IMG/VR virus record: IMGVR_UViG_3300017747_000960
Location: 1 to 42,493 of that record
Length of the DNA stretch: 42,493 nt
Strand: one strand, 5' to 3'
From: a virus
Lineage: Duplodnaviria > Caudoviricetes
In this document: positions 1 to 7,716 of the stretch, in pieces
Numbering within the stretch: position 1 is the stretch's first letter
Layout: the number at the start of each line of letters is the position of its first letter
Position numbers and translations under genes: made by a program
The notes under the pieces: model-generated
Databases searched by the model: none
Told to the model about the DNA's origin: nothing
What the model saw: only the letters and a program-made list of their open reading frames with translations

Positions 1-2
1 GT

Positions 3-1238
3 GACGCCAAGAGCGCCAACGCGGGTTGCGTTAGGGCCGACAGCGATGGCTGGCAACAGGACTGCCATCACGGTACGAACGATGCCGTTCGATGAAGTGG
101 CAGGGGTATATGTGCCGCGAACGTCACCAGTAGTGGTTGTAGCAGTATTGGTGTCAGCCGCCACAAACGTACCAGCATCTTGCGCCAAGGTGTTGTTGCT
201 CTTAACGCCAACCACATAAGCCACGTTAGGAACGCGAACTGGAATACCCAACACATTGGTTGTGCCAACAGTCAGAGCAGTACCAGTAGCGCCACTCACG
301 CTTACAGAGGTGATGAGGTAGAAGGCTTTCAAACCATTCACGGCGGTGCTTACAGCGGCGCTGGAAGTAATTGCTTCGCTCATTGCTTGACCGTAAATGT
401 CAAAACCAGACACGGTCACGGTTACAGGAGCCACGCCCAAGGTGTAGGTCAAACCTGTTGGTGTGCCTGCGGTGGTCACAACTGCCGCGCCTGCTGTAGT
501 AGTCAGGGTTGCGGAAGTGGCTGTCACAGCGGTCAGGACGTAGGTTGTTGGGTCTGTGTAGCCAGTGATGGTACCTGTGCCACCCAAAGTGCCAGAGATA
601 GTCAAACGCTGACCAGTTACCAAACCAGATTGCGAAGTAAAGGTAATACCGCCGCTTGTGTTGGCAATCACGACGCTGGACAAAGTGGCAACTGCGGCAG
701 TTGCAGTCGTCACGCGAACACCGCGAGGCATATCAAGTGCCAAAGCAGAAGTGCCAGAGGTCGTAATGACCGACTTCACATTCGTGCCAGCAGTCAACGT
801 CAATGAACCAGCGGCGGCAGGAGTTTGTGAAGCGGCAATGTTGTTCGCCACAGCGGCTTGAGGAACCACATCCCACACATAGATGCGACCCAAGGGGCCA
901 ACACCCAAACTCATAGGAGATGGATTATCAAAGGGCTCTAAATTATGAAGAGTCAACGCAGTAGTGTTTGCCACGTTGATTGCTTGATTCAGCGTGTAAG
1001 TGCCAGTGCCACCAGTACCAGTGCCAAATGCAGTGATGTAAGTGCCATCGGTCACGCTAGTGCCGTCAACAAACATTCCAAGAGTGATTGGTGCGCCAAA
1101 GCCCACAGCAGTCACAGTCAGAGTTGTAGAGGAAGAACCACCTGTGCCACCAGTTGCGGTGGTTGAGTAGTTACGGATGCCAGTACCCATGTAGGTCTGT
1201 GCAGGGCCTAAGAATAGGTCGTCAGAAAATTGAGGCAT
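3..1238 (-). CDS. Virion structural protein (Thr/Gly-rich, beta-rich), truncated at window edge; absent from ORF track
   Basis: ATG at 1238 with AGGAG RBS at ~1246-1250; open frame MPQFSDDLFLGPAQTYMG...RVGALGV runs off the left edge; follows the capsid gene. Confidence 0.85.
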   Translation of the reverse strand, partial: MPQFSDDLFLGPAQTYMGTGIRNYSTTATGGTGGSSSTTLTVTAVGFGAPITLGMFVDGTSVTDGTYITAFGTGTGGTGTYTLNQAINVANTTALTLHNLEPFDNPSPMSLGVGPLGRIYVWDVVPQAAVANNIAASQTPAAAGSLTLTAGTNVKSVITTSGTSALALDMPRGVRVTTATAAVATLSSVVIANTSGGITFTSQSGLVTGQRLTISGTLGGTGTITGYTDPTTYVLTAVTATSATLTTTAGAAVVTTAGTPTGLTYTLGVAPVTVTVSGFDIYGQAMSEAITSSAAVSTAVNGLKAFYLITSVSVSGATGTALTVGTTNVLGIPVRVPNVAYVVGVKSNNTLAQDAGTFVAADTNTATTTTGDVRGTYTPATSSNGIVRTVMAVLLPAIAVGPNATRVGALGV

Positions 1239-1269
1239 TGATCTTCTCCTTGAAAAGCATGATCAGTTT

Positions 1270-1302
1270 AAAAAAAAGGGCTGGCTTTTTACACCAGCCC
1301 CT
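1270..1302 (-). terminator. Rho-independent terminator after major capsid gene
   Basis: Minus strand GGGCTGG-loop-CCAGCCC followed by 8 T. Confidence 0.8.
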
Positions 1303-1308
1303 GTCACT

Positions 1309-2223
1309 TTAGACGCCGGGTGTGCCGAAAGCACAACGTGGGTCTGTAAAGCCGAGGTCATAACGCTCGGTAGCCTTGTAACGCATTGTGTCGGTTTCGA
1401 AGTCACCTTCCATGGTCTTCTCCAAACGACGACGCATCAACAGCTTAAAGCCTTCAGGTGCATCGGTCTGAACCCAGAACGCGCTAGGGTTGGTCAAACG
1501 AGACAGAACAGCGGCACCTTCGTCCAGCAAACCAATAGATTTAACTGGGTTGATGTCGTTGTTTGCGTTGCCTGTGCGGAGCACAGACTTCAACAAAACT
1601 TCAGCTTGGAAAATGTTGCCGGGAGCCACGATCAATTGACGTGGAACCAAACGAATCTTCTTGCCGTTGTTGTCAACTGCTTGACGAATTTGGATCAACA
1701 ATTGTTCCAAAGAGGTCTGTGACAAGTTGGCGGCAGTAGCCAATTGGTTGCTGAAAGTGCCGTTAACGATGGGGTGCGATGTGTTAATCAAAGACACACC
1801 GTCGCCACCGGGGTTGGCGCTGTTGAACGCAGTGTTCAACACGTTTGCGGCCAACAGTTCTTTGGTTTCCACCAAAGACTGAGCCAAGTGACGTGCATAC
1901 ACCTGACCGATACGGATGTGGTCGCCGTCTTCAACCAAGACTTTAGTCAAGGCGAAAGCAAGACCGTACACTTTGTACAGGTAGCGTTTCAAGAAGAGCA
2001 CACCACCTTGTTGATAGGTCACGGGCGTACCGTCAGGTAACTGAGGTGCGGCTCCGAAACCGTACAAGACGGGTTCTTCGTGGTAGTTACGTGGAATGCC
2101 GTCTTCTTCGCGGAACACACGGCTCCACTCGTCGGCACGTTGATCATAGACTCCGTCAAAACACTCGTTGAGAATTGGTTCAACGATGCTTCTAAAGTCC
2201 GTACTGCGCATTGGTGCGGCCAT
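1309..2223 (-). CDS. Major capsid protein (HK97 fold, Mu gpT-like)
   Basis: 304 aa; motifs GGDGVSL..HP, PRQLIVAP, DFETDTMRYKATERY..GFTDPR; last gene of head operon, followed by terminator. Confidence 0.9.
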   Translation of the reverse strand: MAAPMRSTDFRSIVEPILNECFDGVYDQRADEWSRVFREEDGIPRNYHEEPVLYGFGAAPQLPDGTPVTYQQGGVLFLKRYLYKVYGLAFALTKVLVEDGDHIRIGQVYARHLAQSLVETKELLAANVLNTAFNSANPGGDGVSLINTSHPIVNGTFSNQLATAANLSQTSLEQLLIQIRQAVDNNGKKIRLVPRQLIVAPGNIFQAEVLLKSVLRTGNANNDINPVKSIGLLDEGAAVLSRLTNPSAFWVQTDAPEGFKLLMRRRLEKTMEGDFETDTMRYKATERYDLGFTDPRCAFGTPGV

Positions 2224-2241
2224 TTTTTACTCCTTGGCTAG

Positions 2242-2838
2242 TTAAGCAATTGCGGTGACAGCACCGAAGAATTGCGAGTTGGCACATACGACGCGCACGA
2301 TTGTGTAAGCATCGCCCCAGTCATTGCCCGGATAGGGAGCAATGTCAACAACACGCATCTGACCTTGTGAACCATTGCCCACGGCAGTTGCAGAGCCCAA
2401 AGTGGCTTGCGACAAACCTGTGGTTGTGGAACCAGCGGCTACGTTTGTGAAGTTGAACTCATTACCAATTGAGGTTTGAGCCATTGAACCATCGGCTTGA
2501 ATTTCATAAACGATGTTTTGGTCGTTGTAGAAGTAAGCCACGCATGTACCAGTGGTATATGCAGTGTTTGCAGGCCAGTAGTTAGACACACGGGCACGGC
2601 CTGTGGTGTCTGTAAACTCAACGCCAGCAAAAGCACCAACCCAAGCACCAGAAGTGGTGGCGGGGCAGATGGTTCCGAGAGTACCGCCAATGGCAGTAGT
2701 TTGATAGCGTACAGGCTGGCCCTTGAGAATGGCCGTGTTGTATGCAGATGGGATGCCGCCAGCGAGCGCCTGAGCACGATCCAAACCAGAGGGATGGAAC
2801 GCAGGACGCAAGCCAAACGGAGCAGAGGTTGCACTCAT
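2242..2838 (-). CDS. Capsid decoration / minor head protein
   Basis: 198 aa Gly/Ala/Thr-rich, N-terminal APFGLRP motif, directly upstream of capsid gene. Confidence 0.65.
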   Translation of the reverse strand: MSATSAPFGLRPAFHPSGLDRAQALAGGIPSAYNTAILKGQPVRYQTTAIGGTLGTICPATTSGAWVGAFAGVEFTDTTGRARVSNYWPANTAYTTGTCVAYFYNDQNIVYEIQADGSMAQTSIGNEFNFTNVAAGSTTTGLSQATLGSATAVGNGSQGQMRVVDIAPYPGNDWGDAYTIVRVVCANSQFFGAVTAIA

Positions 2839-2852
2839 AATTTACTCCTTAG

Positions 2853-3398
2853 TTAACCCGAAAATACGGGCGTTCGGTTGGGTTGCTGATCAAGAGAGCC
2901 AATACCTTCGCCTTCAACACTCGCAAGTGAACGACCATTGCTGTCACGCTGTCCTTGGAGGCTTTCCACTTGAACACGAATCTTTTCAGCCTCTTCACGA
3001 GGTTGGTCGTGATGGTGATAAGTCATGATCTCTTGGAAAATATCCATGGGCAATTTGAAAAGCAACATCTCGTTACATGAGATATATCCAACATGCTCAC
3101 CTGACTTCACTCGATAGTCTTCATAGCCGGGTAACTCATCCGATTTAACGGGAACGTACCCTAAGCGAATCCGCTTATCAATGCTGTCGTAGCTGTTGGT
3201 TGTCGAAAGCCAGCAAAGGTGCCACCCATCCATGTCGGGCAGTTTTGGCAATGCTGATTGCGTCCATTCCTCGCTCCACATCTTGCGACGTTCCTGCTTT
3301 GAAATGAACTTATCCTCAGGTGCTTTGCGGCTTGCGTCCTCGCTTGCGCGATCATTGCGGCCACCAGCATTGAGAGATTTTTTAAGACGTGATTCCAT
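2853..3398 (-). CDS. Head-module hypothetical protein
   Basis: 181 aa, RBS-like GGGG, between scaffold and decoration genes. Confidence 0.7.
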   Translation of the reverse strand: MESRLKKSLNAGGRNDRASEDASRKAPEDKFISKQERRKMWSEEWTQSALPKLPDMDGWHLCWLSTTNSYDSIDKRIRLGYVPVKSDELPGYEDYRVKSGEHVGYISCNEMLLFKLPMDIFQEIMTYHHHDQPREEAEKIRVQVESLQGQRDSNGRSLASVEGEGIGSLDQQPNRTPVFSG

Positions 3399-3416
3399 GA
3401 TGTTTTCCCCTTAGAT

Positions 3417-4391
3417 TTAGTTGCGGCGACCGTTGACACGATCGAATTCAATGAACTGCTTGACCATTCGTGCTTTGCGCTCAGGATTGTCCCAAGCACC
3501 CACTTCTTTCATCGCCTTGACTCGGTCAGGAGATAAAACAAATTGGGTGCGGTTAGAACCACCATAAGCGGCCGAAGCCTCGCGTCCTGCACTTCCCACA
3601 ACATTCCTTGGTCGTCTGACATCACGGGATTCGTTGTCATTGGAATCATTGTAGCGGTGAGGTAACTCTCTTTGCAAGCGGCTATCTAACTCTTCCCAAT
3701 AATCGGGATCGGTTGGGTTCCAGCCTTGCGTAGACATGACCTCATCAATCTTCTTGGCAATACGGCTATCAGGGTCTGTAGCCGCTGGGTTGTACCATTT
3801 ATTGCGGCGCATCCACTGGGCGGCCAGCTTTTGAACCTGTGGATCAGGCAACTCAGAGTTATCCTGCTGAGGGCGGCGCAATTCTTGGTCAGCCTGCTGG
3901 CGCAGTGACATCAAATTACGTGCTTCCTCTTGCGCGGCCTGCCACATGGTCTGTGCTTCGACCATTGCCTCGCCATCACCGTTCTGAGTAGCCTCAGACA
4001 GCTTCATCTTGGCGTATTCAAGCCTTGTTTGAGCGTCCTCAATGCCTTTATCGATGCGAACCAAGTGCTCTGACTTGGTATTTCGCTCCAATTGGCCCAA
4101 GCGACGCTTGAATTCTTCGTTTTCACGCTGTAGTTGCGTCAGACGGGCGTCTTTTTCCTGATTTGTCTTGCGAATCAGGTCTTTTTTGGCCCTACGGCGG
4201 CCACGTTTAGCCGCACGCAACTCATCATCGTCATCTGGATGGTCTGCATCGTCATCACGGACATTGCCACCATCTGCTTTTTCGTCAAAGTTTTCACCTT
4301 GAAGCATTTTTTCAGGCAAATCGACCACTGCGGAGCCATCTTGCTCCTCCATGATCGCAATATCTTCCTGTTTATCGTTTGGATCAGCCAT
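3417..4391 (-). CDS. Capsid scaffolding protein (putative)
   Basis: 324 aa, acidic N-terminus, long coiled coil, short C-terminal helical domain; head-module position. Confidence 0.7.
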   Translation of the reverse strand: MADPNDKQEDIAIMEEQDGSAVVDLPEKMLQGENFDEKADGGNVRDDDADHPDDDDELRAAKRGRRRAKKDLIRKTNQEKDARLTQLQRENEEFKRRLGQLERNTKSEHLVRIDKGIEDAQTRLEYAKMKLSEATQNGDGEAMVEAQTMWQAAQEEARNLMSLRQQADQELRRPQQDNSELPDPQVQKLAAQWMRRNKWYNPAATDPDSRIAKKIDEVMSTQGWNPTDPDYWEELDSRLQRELPHRYNDSNDNESRDVRRPRNVVGSAGREASAAYGGSNRTQFVLSPDRVKAMKEVGAWDNPERKARMVKQFIEFDRVNGRRN

Positions 4392-4403
4392 TGTTCCCTC
4401 CTG

Positions 4404-4865
4404 TTAGACGTAGGCTTTAAAAGAAAGTGGGTTGCTTGTGACGGTGGCGATCAACTCGTGGTCGTTCAACGTCATAAACAGCACCGGGTCTTCGTCTTGG
4501 TCACCTTCAGGGTTTTTTATTTCCCAACGATCACCGCCCCATTTGGGGACTCGGACGAAATCGCCTACCTGTGCCCACGCGCCCTCAGGCCATGCGGTCA
4601 TGGTGTCACGATTTTTGTACGCCAATGGCCCCAACGCGATGACTTTGCCAATCATGTTGTTCCATTTTTCGTTCTCTTTGGTCTCTTCGACCAGAACGAT
4701 GCGTCCTGTTTTCTTTTTAATGCGCCGCAGTTGAACGATTACTCGTCCTCCAAGCGGTGCCATTCCCGGATTCACATCTGGAAATGCCCACGCCAACTCT
4801 TGCGGGTCAGGCGTGTCGTGCGTGGCCTCGAAGGCCATGATTTTCTCTTTCTCACTCATCATCAA
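4404..4865 (-). CDS. groES: Phage co-chaperonin GroES (Cpn10)
   Basis: PLGGRVIV, KTGRIVLVEETKE mobile-loop region, GKVIALGP, VGDFV, LNDHELIA match the Cpn10 pattern. Confidence 0.85.
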   Translation of the reverse strand: MMMSEKEKIMAFEATHDTPDPQELAWAFPDVNPGMAPLGGRVIVQLRRIKKKTGRIVLVEETKENEKWNNMIGKVIALGPLAYKNRDTMTAWPEGAWAQVGDFVRVPKWGGDRWEIKNPEGDQDEDPVLFMTLNDHELIATVTSNPLSFKAYV

Positions 4866-4898
4866 CTCCTAAACACCATATCTCAGGTGCATCGTTAT

Positions 4899-4913
4899 GC
4901 GCTTAGTCAGCGC
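4899..4913 (-). promoter_or_regulatory. boxB-like RNA hairpin upstream of groES-scaffold-capsid genes
   Basis: GCGCT-GACTA-AGCGC, flanked by two further hairpins in the 4866-4936 intergenic space. Confidence 0.45.
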
Positions 4914-4936
4914 GGTCTCACCCCGGAGTGGGGCTA

Positions 4937-5116
4937 TCAATCTCTATTTTTATCCTCATCCAACATGTTATCGATCATGTCCAAGGTAGCTTGCAGTCCT
5001 TGATATTCACCGACCATGCGTTGGTAGCCATCCCAAGATGCCGGCACCCCTTGTGCAAGGGACACATGAATCTCAGCTTGGCGTATTTTGATTCTGTGAA
5101 TCAGTTGTTCAAGCAT
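4937..5116 (-). CDS. Small helical hypothetical protein
   Basis: MLEQLIHRIK...; start at 5116 overlaps the upstream stop; ORF-track start (5197) probably too long. Confidence 0.65.
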   Translation of the reverse strand: MLEQLIHRIKIRQAEIHVSLAQGVPASWDGYQRMVGEYQGLQATLDMIDNMLDEDKNRD

Positions 5117-5273
5117 TTGACTTCTTGGCACCAGACAAGCCACCGCTACGCTTGGCAGGCTGGCTTTTGCCGCCCTTAGCTTGCATGGATTGGCCATCTA
5201 GCTTCTCACCCATGGCGAGACGCTTGTGCTGAGGTACGAGCACGCTCTTTTGTTCTTGATCAGACGTTGCCAT
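5109..5273 (-). CDS. Small basic protein (54 aa) with AKGG motif; absent from ORF track
   Basis: MATSDQEQKSVLVPQHKRLAMGEKLDGQSMQAKGGKSQ...; AGGAG RBS inside the portal 3' end; overlaps both neighbours. Confidence 0.65.
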   Translation of the reverse strand: MATSDQEQKSVLVPQHKRLAMGEKLDGQSMQAKGGKSQPAKRSGGLSGAKKSNA

Positions 5274-7716
5274 TTGGTTCTCCTTGAGGTGGCATTAGGG
5301 GCGCGGCGGGTGCCGCAGGTGGTTGAGCAGGAGCCATCGGTTGGATAGGCTGATGCATCAATTTCGCGTTCTCAATCGCAATCTTTGTTTGATTGTCATC
5401 GAGGTGTTCTTGCATGTCTTTCTGCAAACGATCTTGGGCCAACTTGATGTCGGCTTGATCCTTGGCAGTCTTACGCTGTGTCTCGGCCATGTTGGTGTCC
5501 TTGACAACTTGTGCGTCAGGTGGCAATGCCGCAGGTGCGTTCTTGCGTTGCTGGGCCATCTGAATGATCTGCGTAATGGCCTGCTGGAACTGACCAAACA
5601 CTTGCTGGGTATCCAGCATGACGTGCGCGCCAATGGTGGTGTATACCTTGTCGATGGTGGCCGTGAGTGCTGGATCGTCGTAGTCATCCACTGGCTTGCC
5701 AACAGAGTCCTGCACGTAACCGTTTGAACGATTGAGGTACCACAACGTCATGTGTTGCTTCAAGTGCTCGATGAGGTTGTTCAGGTAGTTTGGGTCTGCA
5801 AATGGTGACTGGCCCAAGAATGGATTCAAAGCAAATTGCAGGTGATCCTGAATGTGTGCGATGTGATCTTGTTGCAAGTACGCATAGGCTGGTTGGCCAA
5901 TAAGCAATGCGGCGTTCTCGTCAGCCGATGTACGCTGTTCTGGGGCTGGTACGTCCTTCATTAACTCGTTGATGTTTGGCACCTTCATTTGCTTGAGCAT
6001 GCGGCTTAGGACGGCGCTGATGTTAAACTGCTCAGGATGCTTCTCGGCCAGCGCCAGCACGGCTTGGTTCTGTGCCATGCGCTGAGTCTCGGAGAAGATG
6101 TGAGGATCAGACACGGGCACCACGTCGGTGTTCTTGTCAAAGTCTTCGCGGGTGATTTCCAGATCGGCAACAACGTCGCCCTTCTTCATCTCATCAAAGT
6201 GCCAGCGGTTCAAGCGGCACAGAATCTTCAGCACACGGGCTTGCGAGTCGTGCATGCGTGCGTGGATCGATGAGAACACCGCCGCACCTTGCTCAATCAA
6301 AGCCTGTGTCGTGCCTACGGGCGCGTTGCTGGTAACGTCTGCAATCTTTTCTTCGCTTGATGTGACCACGCCTTTGGCGGCCGTATCCAGCCATCCCAAC
6401 AACTCAAACAGCACGGGGCTGGGTGGGTTGAACGGCATAGGCATGGCAATCTGGCGAATGTCTTGCACGCCGGGCGCGCCTTCAATCTCAATGATCTGGG
6501 TGACATCGACCTGCTGAGACTGGCCACTGATCTTCGCGCCCTTCAACTTCAGCATGGTGGCCGAGTTGTTGATGTGCGCAGTGTCCAGCAAGGCACGCAA
6601 AGCGCCCGTCAAGGCCGCGCTGAGGCCTCCGATGAGGTGAGGTAGCCCAATAGCGTATGCGCCGCGCCATGGGATGAATTTGAACTCAACAACCCAGTCC
6701 AGTTTGGTGCGGGTTTTGTCAACTTCTTCCCAGTTGCGATACAGGCCCACCACTTGGTTGTCGAGTTCATCGACCATCAAGATGTAGGGTGCGTACTCGC
6801 CTTTGGTTTTCTTATCGTCTTCCAACTCCAAGTAGCAGTAGATGTGATAGACCTTACGCAGGCCATCCTTATTGTCTTCAAACTGCTTGCCTTCAATTTT
6901 GTTGTTGGCTTGCTCGACTTTGTTTTGATCTAAAGTGCCAGAGGCTTTGACGTAGTTCACGTCGCGGTACATGCCAGTGCGGATGCGGCGCTCAAACTCG
7001 TACTGCGTGATCTCGTGAACTTCAGCGGCGCGCTGGGCTGTGTAGAAGTTGGTTGCCGCAAACGGTAGGATCACCCGGTCGATAGGCAAGAACTCCACGC
7101 ATGGGCGCTTTTTCTGCTCGTCAAACCAGAGTTTGAAGTACTGTGAGCCACCCAATGGCAACTGGGTAAGCAATTGCTCTTGCTCGTCCTTGAACTCTTC
7201 AATCTGGTCAGTGATCTGCCAGTTCAGGTAATCACGTTTGCGCTCTGACTTTGCCGACTTGAGGTCGTCCATCTTGCCAAGAATCTTCGTCTTGACAGGG
7301 CCATCAGGCGGGAACATCTCCTTAATGGCACGGCTGGCAAAGTCCACGCAACCCTCAGCCATGGCAGGGTGAACCACCTTAGATGCGCCCATAAAGGTAG
7401 CGCCACCGGGGGCATCATTGCCCATGCCAGTGCGTCGAATGCCTTCTTCATATTGCTTATCGCGCAGTGACCGCGCTTCTTTGTCCGTCTCAAGTAAATC
7501 AAGGTATCTGAATGCCAGCGTGGTTAGTTCGCTGGGGTCAATAGTGTCTGCAAGGTTGTCGTAGAACTCAGGATTGAATTCCGGGCCGTCTTCAATCGTG
7601 ACAATGGCCGAGCCGTCGTCCTGCTCTTCCATCTCCATCTCAGGCAGATCGACAAGCGCACTGCCGTCTTCTTGCTCTTGAATACCGATTTCGTCTGGAT
7701 TTTGTTCTGACATCAT
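5260..7716 (-). CDS. Portal protein
   Basis: 818 aa; P22-like portal pattern (VHPAM.E, FIPWRGAYAIGLPHL, APVGTT.ALIEQG) with coiled-coil/Pro-rich tail; between terminase and scaffold. Confidence 0.88.
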   Translation of the reverse strand: MMSEQNPDEIGIQEQEDGSALVDLPEMEMEEQDDGSAIVTIEDGPEFNPEFYDNLADTIDPSELTTLAFRYLDLLETDKEARSLRDKQYEEGIRRTGMGNDAPGGATFMGASKVVHPAMAEGCVDFASRAIKEMFPPDGPVKTKILGKMDDLKSAKSERKRDYLNWQITDQIEEFKDEQEQLLTQLPLGGSQYFKLWFDEQKKRPCVEFLPIDRVILPFAATNFYTAQRAAEVHEITQYEFERRIRTGMYRDVNYVKASGTLDQNKVEQANNKIEGKQFEDNKDGLRKVYHIYCYLELEDDKKTKGEYAPYILMVDELDNQVVGLYRNWEEVDKTRTKLDWVVEFKFIPWRGAYAIGLPHLIGGLSAALTGALRALLDTAHINNSATMLKLKGAKISGQSQQVDVTQIIEIEGAPGVQDIRQIAMPMPFNPPSPVLFELLGWLDTAAKGVVTSSEEKIADVTSNAPVGTTQALIEQGAAVFSSIHARMHDSQARVLKILCRLNRWHFDEMKKGDVVADLEITREDFDKNTDVVPVSDPHIFSETQRMAQNQAVLALAEKHPEQFNISAVLSRMLKQMKVPNINELMKDVPAPEQRTSADENAALLIGQPAYAYLQQDHIAHIQDHLQFALNPFLGQSPFADPNYLNNLIEHLKQHMTLWYLNRSNGYVQDSVGKPVDDYDDPALTATIDKVYTTIGAHVMLDTQQVFGQFQQAITQIIQMAQQRKNAPAALPPDAQVVKDTNMAETQRKTAKDQADIKLAQDRLQKDMQEHLDDNQTKIAIENAKLMHQPIQPMAPAQPPAAPAAPLMPPQGEPNGNV

